A DNA stretch of 56,992 nucleotides from positions 1 through 56,992 of the forward strand of contig CALLCO010000118.1 of the NCBI GenBank assembly GCA_937998695.1, given 5' to 3'. Both the position numbers and the translations under genes were made by a program. The stretch comes from Candidatus Ozemobacteraceae bacterium. Its GTDB lineage: Bacteria > Muiribacteriota > Ozemobacteria > Ozemobacterales > Ozemobacteraceae. Below, one piece after another: positions 53,042-56,992 of the stretch (within the stretch, counting starts at the first letter, position 1; each line of letters opens with the position of its first letter). The notes beneath the pieces were generated by a model. The model was given only the letters and a program-made list of their open reading frames with translations, was not told the DNA's origin and did not search any database.

Positions 53042-54224
53042 GTTCTCTCACCTCGCAATGAATCGGATGGGCGAAGACAACGATCCCCAGCCCTTCGGCC
53101 CGGCGATACCCCAGGCCCTTCCGTTCGACCTCGGACAACACCTTGGCCACCGCGCCAAGGTCGGCCGTGCGGGCCTTCCAGACCAGCACGGAACCGGGCA
53201 TAAAGGCCAGATCGCTGGGCGCCGGCAGCTGCGGCAGCGAGTTCCAGCCACCAACCCGCTCGAGATCAGCCATGGTCAAAACCGGCGCGAGCCGCTCTGC
53301 CGTCAGGCAGGTGCCGGCCGGATCAAGGGCGTTGGCCATGGTGAAGGGGTCGGGTTCGATCGTGAACCGTCCCAGGGCGTCGGGGAGCACAACGGGGGTC
53401 ACGCACAGCATGGGAAGCAGCAGCTCGCCGGCTGGTGGGCCGGCCACTTCTTGAAACCGCTGCAACCGCTCCGCCAATGGAGGCAGCCCCCAGGGCTGGC
53501 GCTCGGGCTCGACCGTGGCGATCTTCCATTGGCCAAGGCCCCGGGTGCGTGACGCCCCGATACGCACCGTCCGCCCGGTCAGGGCGGCCTTCACCTGGGC
53601 GCCTCGCCCGGCCGGCAGGGTGAGCACTGCCGACCAGCCTCCGGTCGGGAGAATGAACTCCTCGTCATACAGAAAGCCGGGGGCCACCGTTCCCAACAGG
53701 TGGTCCATGGCGGAGTGGGTGCGGTCACTGATTTCCATCTTGACCTCGCGGTACAACGGACGGCCTGACCCCTGCACGCGCTGAAAACCCACCCCCCGCA
53801 GGGGTTTCAACGGAGTCAGGGCATGGTCCGGTCCTTTTTCGCAGATGGGGCAATGGCTGGGGATGCTGACCTTCGGGTCCCGCTGCCGGCGCAGGAGGGT
53901 GAGCAACAGGTCGATGAACCCGTGCTTCTCCTGGCCGATGGCCAACCCGGGGAACCGCTTGCACGACCGCAGGGAAGCCGGAATCGGCAGGGTGGGCCAG
54001 CCCTCCGGTGTCGGGCGGGCATCCCCGATGACCAGACGCCCGGCATACAGATCCTCGGCGAGTGCCGCATCGGCCGCCTGGAGCAGGCCAGCCAGCGCCC
54101 CCCGCAGAGTTCGGCCCGGAATCCGCTGTTCGGTCTCGCGCAGGTTGCCCAGACTCAACCGCCGGCTGACCAGGAAAGGCGCTTGCGGTTCGAAACCGAT
54201 CGTCCACCGTTCCATGGCGGTCAT
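53031..54224 (-). CDS. csx10: Csx10 (Cas5-like RAMP of type III-D)
   Basis: IPGRTLRGALAG near the N-terminus, Cys cluster HCPICE, internal IGASRTRGLG, C-terminal GLGYRRAEGLGIVVF glycine loops. Follows cas10 and one intervening cas7 gene. Confidence 0.65.
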   Translation of the reverse strand: MTAMERWTIGFEPQAPFLVSRRLSLGNLRETEQRIPGRTLRGALAGLLQAADAALAEDLYAGRLVIGDARPTPEGWPTLPIPASLRSCKRFPGLAIGQEKHGFIDLLLTLLRRQRDPKVSIPSHCPICEKGPDHALTPLKPLRGVGFQRVQGSGRPLYREVKMEISDRTHSAMDHLLGTVAPGFLYDEEFILPTGGWSAVLTLPAGRGAQVKAALTGRTVRIGASRTRGLGQWKIATVEPERQPWGLPPLAERLQRFQEVAGPPAGELLLPMLCVTPVVLPDALGRFTIEPDPFTMANALDPAGTCLTAERLAPVLTMADLERVGGWNSLPQLPAPSDLAFMPGSVLVWKARTADLGAVAKVLSEVERKGLGYRRAEGLGIVVFAHPIHCEVREHVQ

Positions 54225-54874
54225 ACGACTCCCTCCTTGCCTTCCCCTGGGGCACTCCAGCGCCAGGGCTCAGGCCCGAGGCGGCCTTCCACCCTGACCA
54301 CCCGACAGGCCCCGAGACCCCGTGAGGTTTCCGCCCCCAACCGGTTCAGACTGAGCAATGCCGCCTGCAGCAGCGGCAGATCCTCCTCCTGAACCTGGCC
54401 GGCGACCGCGAACGCGAACTCCAGCCCCGACGGCAGCGTCTCCGTCCGTACCAGCAGTCCCGGCATGGCCGTGCCCAGGATCCGGTCGATGCTGACGTGG
54501 GCGCGGGAAGCGCTTAGGTGGCGCAAGGCGGCCGTCGCCGCCTGCCCGTCCCCCATGATGGGCAGGGCATCCCGGAAAAAAATCGGCCCCGGGTGCCGTG
54601 GGTTGCCGAACATGCGGCATACTGCGCAGGGCTCCCCGGGGCAGAGATCGAAGGGTGACCGGCACCCGGGCCTGCCTGTTACCGGCTGGCAAAGGCGCTC
54701 GGCCAGGTCGCGCAAGGCCCCTTTCAGGGCCGAGGCGGGCACCACCGGACGGCCGTCCGGGGTGCGCTGGACCAGGGCCTTGAGCCCTGGCCGAGCCCGG
54801 CCCGACCCCAGACGAAAGGCGGTCCGAAAGCGGAGAATGACAGGGTCAAGCTGGATCTCCAGCATCGTGGTCAT
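54221..54874 (-). CDS. cas7: Cas7 (Csm3-like RAMP)
   Basis: FRLGSGRA, VVPASALKGALRD, CAVCRMFG, HVSIDR, GAETSRGLG. Confidence 0.75.
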   Translation of the reverse strand: MTTMLEIQLDPVILRFRTAFRLGSGRARPGLKALVQRTPDGRPVVPASALKGALRDLAERLCQPVTGRPGCRSPFDLCPGEPCAVCRMFGNPRHPGPIFFRDALPIMGDGQAATAALRHLSASRAHVSIDRILGTAMPGLLVRTETLPSGLEFAFAVAGQVQEEDLPLLQAALLSLNRLGAETSRGLGACRVVRVEGRLGPEPWRWSAPGEGKEGVV

Positions 54875-54880
54875 GGCTGC

Positions 54881-56452
54881 TCACTCCTTCTCCACCGGAA
54901 CCAGGTCGGCCAGTTCCAGCAGGTCCCATAGGGGGGTGGTCCAGGGGGGGGTTCCGGCGGTTTCCCGCCAGGGATACCGGTGCCTCTGGAAGCCCTGGGC
55001 ATCCCCCTCGAAGATCTTCAGCAGCCGACGCTTTTCTTCCGGTTTCATGCGGGCAGCCTGCTTCATGAAGGTGGCCATCGCCTCCTCGCGGGAAACGGTC
55101 AACGCCTCCGCCAGCTCGTGCCGTCGGCGGGCGGGGATGGCGGCCAGGCCGCCGGCCAGCCGCCAGGCCGTTTCCAACGTCTCCAGGTCGTAGGGGCGCT
55201 CGATGATCTGGGCCAGTTCGGTGGTGCCGTCCCGGTCGCGCAAAGTGCAGGCCTGGCGCCGAAAGTCCTCGATTGAATGGGCCGACCCCGTGTAGAGCAG
55301 ATGGAAATCGAGACAGCCGCCGAAGCCCGGACTGTCCTTCCCCTTGGTCTTGCGAAAGGCAAGCTTCTTGGCGCTTTGCACCAGTTGTTCGGCCATATCG
55401 TGTATCGCCGCGATCGGGTAGGAGGCGGGCGCGACCACGATGCCAGCCGACAGGGTCAGGCCGACCTTCCGGCCCAGCCCCGTGGCCGTCAAATCGCGGA
55501 ACGCCTTCATGATGCTCATCGCCAGCGGGAAGATCCGGTCGGCCGCCGCCACCAGGATCAGGTCGTCGCCGCCGCACATCAACGGCAGGAAGGGAGCCGG
55601 CCGGCCAGGGTGGCCCGGGAAGACCTCTCGCACCGCCTGGCATACCGCATCTCGCATTGCCCGCTTGACCGTCTCCGAAAACGTCCGGAACGCTTCCCGG
55701 GTTTCCAGGCTCTGGAGGATGTTTCCCATGCCGTTGCCGTCGGCGTAGAGAAACCCCATGGCCGAACCCGAATCGCCGCTTCCCACCAGGTCCTGGAAAT
55801 CGTCGGGAAAATGGCCTTGCGGCATCTGGGCGGCGGCCAGAAATTCCCGGTCCTGTTTCGCCATCTCCTCCCGCAGCTTGTCTTTGCGCGCGCAGAGCCA
55901 GCACAGGGGCAGGCTGGCCGCCTCATGGTCCTGCGCCATCACGGAAGCCGGTTCCCCACACCATTGGCAGGCCTGCAAGAACGGGAACTGGAGATCGGCG
56001 ATCGGCCTCGACCGCCGCTGGCTCTTGGCCAGGGCCAGCTTTTCCCCCAGCCGCGCGAAGGCCCGCTTGAAGCCGGCGCCGGCCAGTTCCGCTTCGGTCA
56101 CCTGATCCTGGACCATGGTGACCGAAGCCACCCCGTCCGTTTCCCGCGCAATGTACTGCCGGGCTTCCCGCAGAAAACGATCGACCTGGGTCTCCTCCTG
56201 CCCTTCGAGCAACCCTGACCCGCCCGCCAAATAGACGGTTCGCAGGCCCAGGTCCTCGGCCTTCTTCCGCAACGCGGCATCCAGGCGGGTGAGCATGAAG
56301 CTCCCCGCCCGGATCTGCCGGAGTTTGCGGGAGGAGTAGATGAATTCCTTGATGGAGTCGGTATCCAGGGAAATGAGATACACGGTCCGGGGCTCCTCCC
56401 TCTCGACGTAGGTGTGTCGGTCTTGGTAGCACAACTCCTCGACGGGTGGCAA
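54881..56452 (-). CDS. cas10: Cas10, minimal (no HD domain), GGDD cyclase motif intact
   Basis: LISLDTDSIKEFIYSS (Palm1), Zn cluster CQWCG..CWLC, FLYADGNGMG, MCGGDDLILV (GGDD = nt 55562-55573). Only 523 aa from TTG 56452, or 500 aa if GTG 56383 after GGGAGGAG is the start. Confidence 0.8.
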   Translation of the reverse strand: MPPVEELCYQDRHTYVEREEPRTVYLISLDTDSIKEFIYSSRKLRQIRAGSFMLTRLDAALRKKAEDLGLRTVYLAGGSGLLEGQEETQVDRFLREARQYIARETDGVASVTMVQDQVTEAELAGAGFKRAFARLGEKLALAKSQRRSRPIADLQFPFLQACQWCGEPASVMAQDHEAASLPLCWLCARKDKLREEMAKQDREFLAAAQMPQGHFPDDFQDLVGSGDSGSAMGFLYADGNGMGNILQSLETREAFRTFSETVKRAMRDAVCQAVREVFPGHPGRPAPFLPLMCGGDDLILVAAADRIFPLAMSIMKAFRDLTATGLGRKVGLTLSAGIVVAPASYPIAAIHDMAEQLVQSAKKLAFRKTKGKDSPGFGGCLDFHLLYTGSAHSIEDFRRQACTLRDRDGTTELAQIIERPYDLETLETAWRLAGGLAAIPARRRHELAEALTVSREEAMATFMKQAARMKPEEKRRLLKIFEGDAQGFQRHRYPWRETAGTPPWTTPLWDLLELADLVPVEKE

Positions 56453-56759
56453 GAAACTCGGAATGTTTTTTTAGCGCCAGCGACCCGGCATGACCCTCTG
56501 CCTGGGCCACTGACCGGGCGGAGGATTTGGGAATTCTTCATAAGCGGACCGCCGGCCGGTTCTGGCCAGGTCCCCTCGTCGTCGATACAGAAGCCGCCGG
56601 GCGCTTTCCCGGCTGGCTACGAGACCGTCTCCCAGTCGGGAGCCGGTTCGCCGCCGGCACCCCATCGGGGCCCGGCAACGACCGCGGCACCCCGGCCTGA
56701 CAAATTTGGCAAAAATCATAGTAACAGCGCCCTAGGCGCCGAAAGGAGGTGAAGAACCG

Positions 56760-56855
56760 ATGAACCCTCGCACCGCTCTGGCTACGCTGAAAGCCGCGAT
56801 CGAGGTGGCGATCGCGGCCAAAGATCTGTATGACCGGCTGAACGAACGTATCTGA
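56760..56855 (+). CDS. 31-aa helical micro-ORF candidate
   Basis: AGGAGGTGA lies 7 nt upstream of the ATG. Sequence MNPRTALATLKAAIEVAIAAKDLYDRLNERI. Followed by a GC hairpin at 56878-56907. Confidence 0.25.
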   Translation: MNPRTALATLKAAIEVAIAAKDLYDRLNERI

Positions 56856-56932
56856 AGGGATACACCGCCGGTGGCGCGGCCGCCCCGCTCCCCACGACGG
56901 GGCGGCCAGACCTGGACCATAGGAGGTGAACC

Positions 56933-56992
56933 ATGAGCCGTCGCCAAGTCCTGAAGCAGGCCAAGCAGACCCTTGACCTGATCGACCGCATC
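56933..56992 (+). CDS. ORF start, runs off window (MSRRQVLKQAKQTLDLIDRI...)
   Basis: AGGAGGTGA lies 4 nt upstream of the ATG. Only 20 codons are visible. Confidence 0.3.
   Translation, partial: MSRRQVLKQAKQTLDLIDRI

Noticed and set aside
1-56992. tRNA, rRNA and tmRNA genes, and CRISPR arrays.
   Set aside because: I found no T-loop-type GGTTCGAATCC-like strings with matching acceptor stems, no rRNA-like conserved blocks, and no regularly spaced direct repeats on visual scanning. A tRNAscan/Infernal/array-finder run is needed to be certain.

Overview
56,992-bp, very GC-rich bacterial chromosomal window. The GC content creates long spurious antisense ORFs throughout. A Planctomycetota-like origin is only an inference from gene content and repeat style. 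Left to right: ISKra4 transposase fragment; nagB plus a PIG-L deacetylase; AmpG-type and OFA-type MFS transporters; a zinc-ribbon protein, a VOC/glyoxalase and SlyD. A fluoride riboswitch then drives a cation/H+ antiporter-Usp-CrcB-DUF190/CBS operon. Next come mobA with a truncated fdhD, a secreted pair including a GP42-like transglutaminase candidate, and a 9-gene Mrp/Mbh-type antiporter operon (mrpEFG-DUF4040-mrpBC plus three MrpD-like genes). These are followed by SH3b and TerB-like genes, an IS1595-family IS, and a small secreted protein with a sigma-54 promoter. Two translationally coupled ~1000-aa HAMP/class III cyclase paralogs show complementary active-site degeneration. A sigma-54-promoted lipoprotein/Gly-Arg-rich pair sits beside a histidine kinase and an NtrC-type activator, followed by two decayed redox genes. 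At 43.3-56.5 kb on the minus strand lies a 13-gene type III-D-like CRISPR-Cas effector operon: HD-less Cas10 with intact GGDD, Csx10, Csx19-like, four RAMPs, two Cas11-like and Cas6. It ends in three accessory genes: a 108-aa orphan ORF, an 883-aa NE0113-type CARF-HD-CYTH fusion (the most novel-looking item), and a CARF-RelE (Cami1-like). I found no CRISPR array, cas1/cas2, tRNA or rRNA in the window. Two dispersed repeat families are present. One of them (117 bp, 10-bp terminal inverted repeats) sits exactly at the junction between a truncated rubrerythrin gene and the CRISPR-Cas operon.
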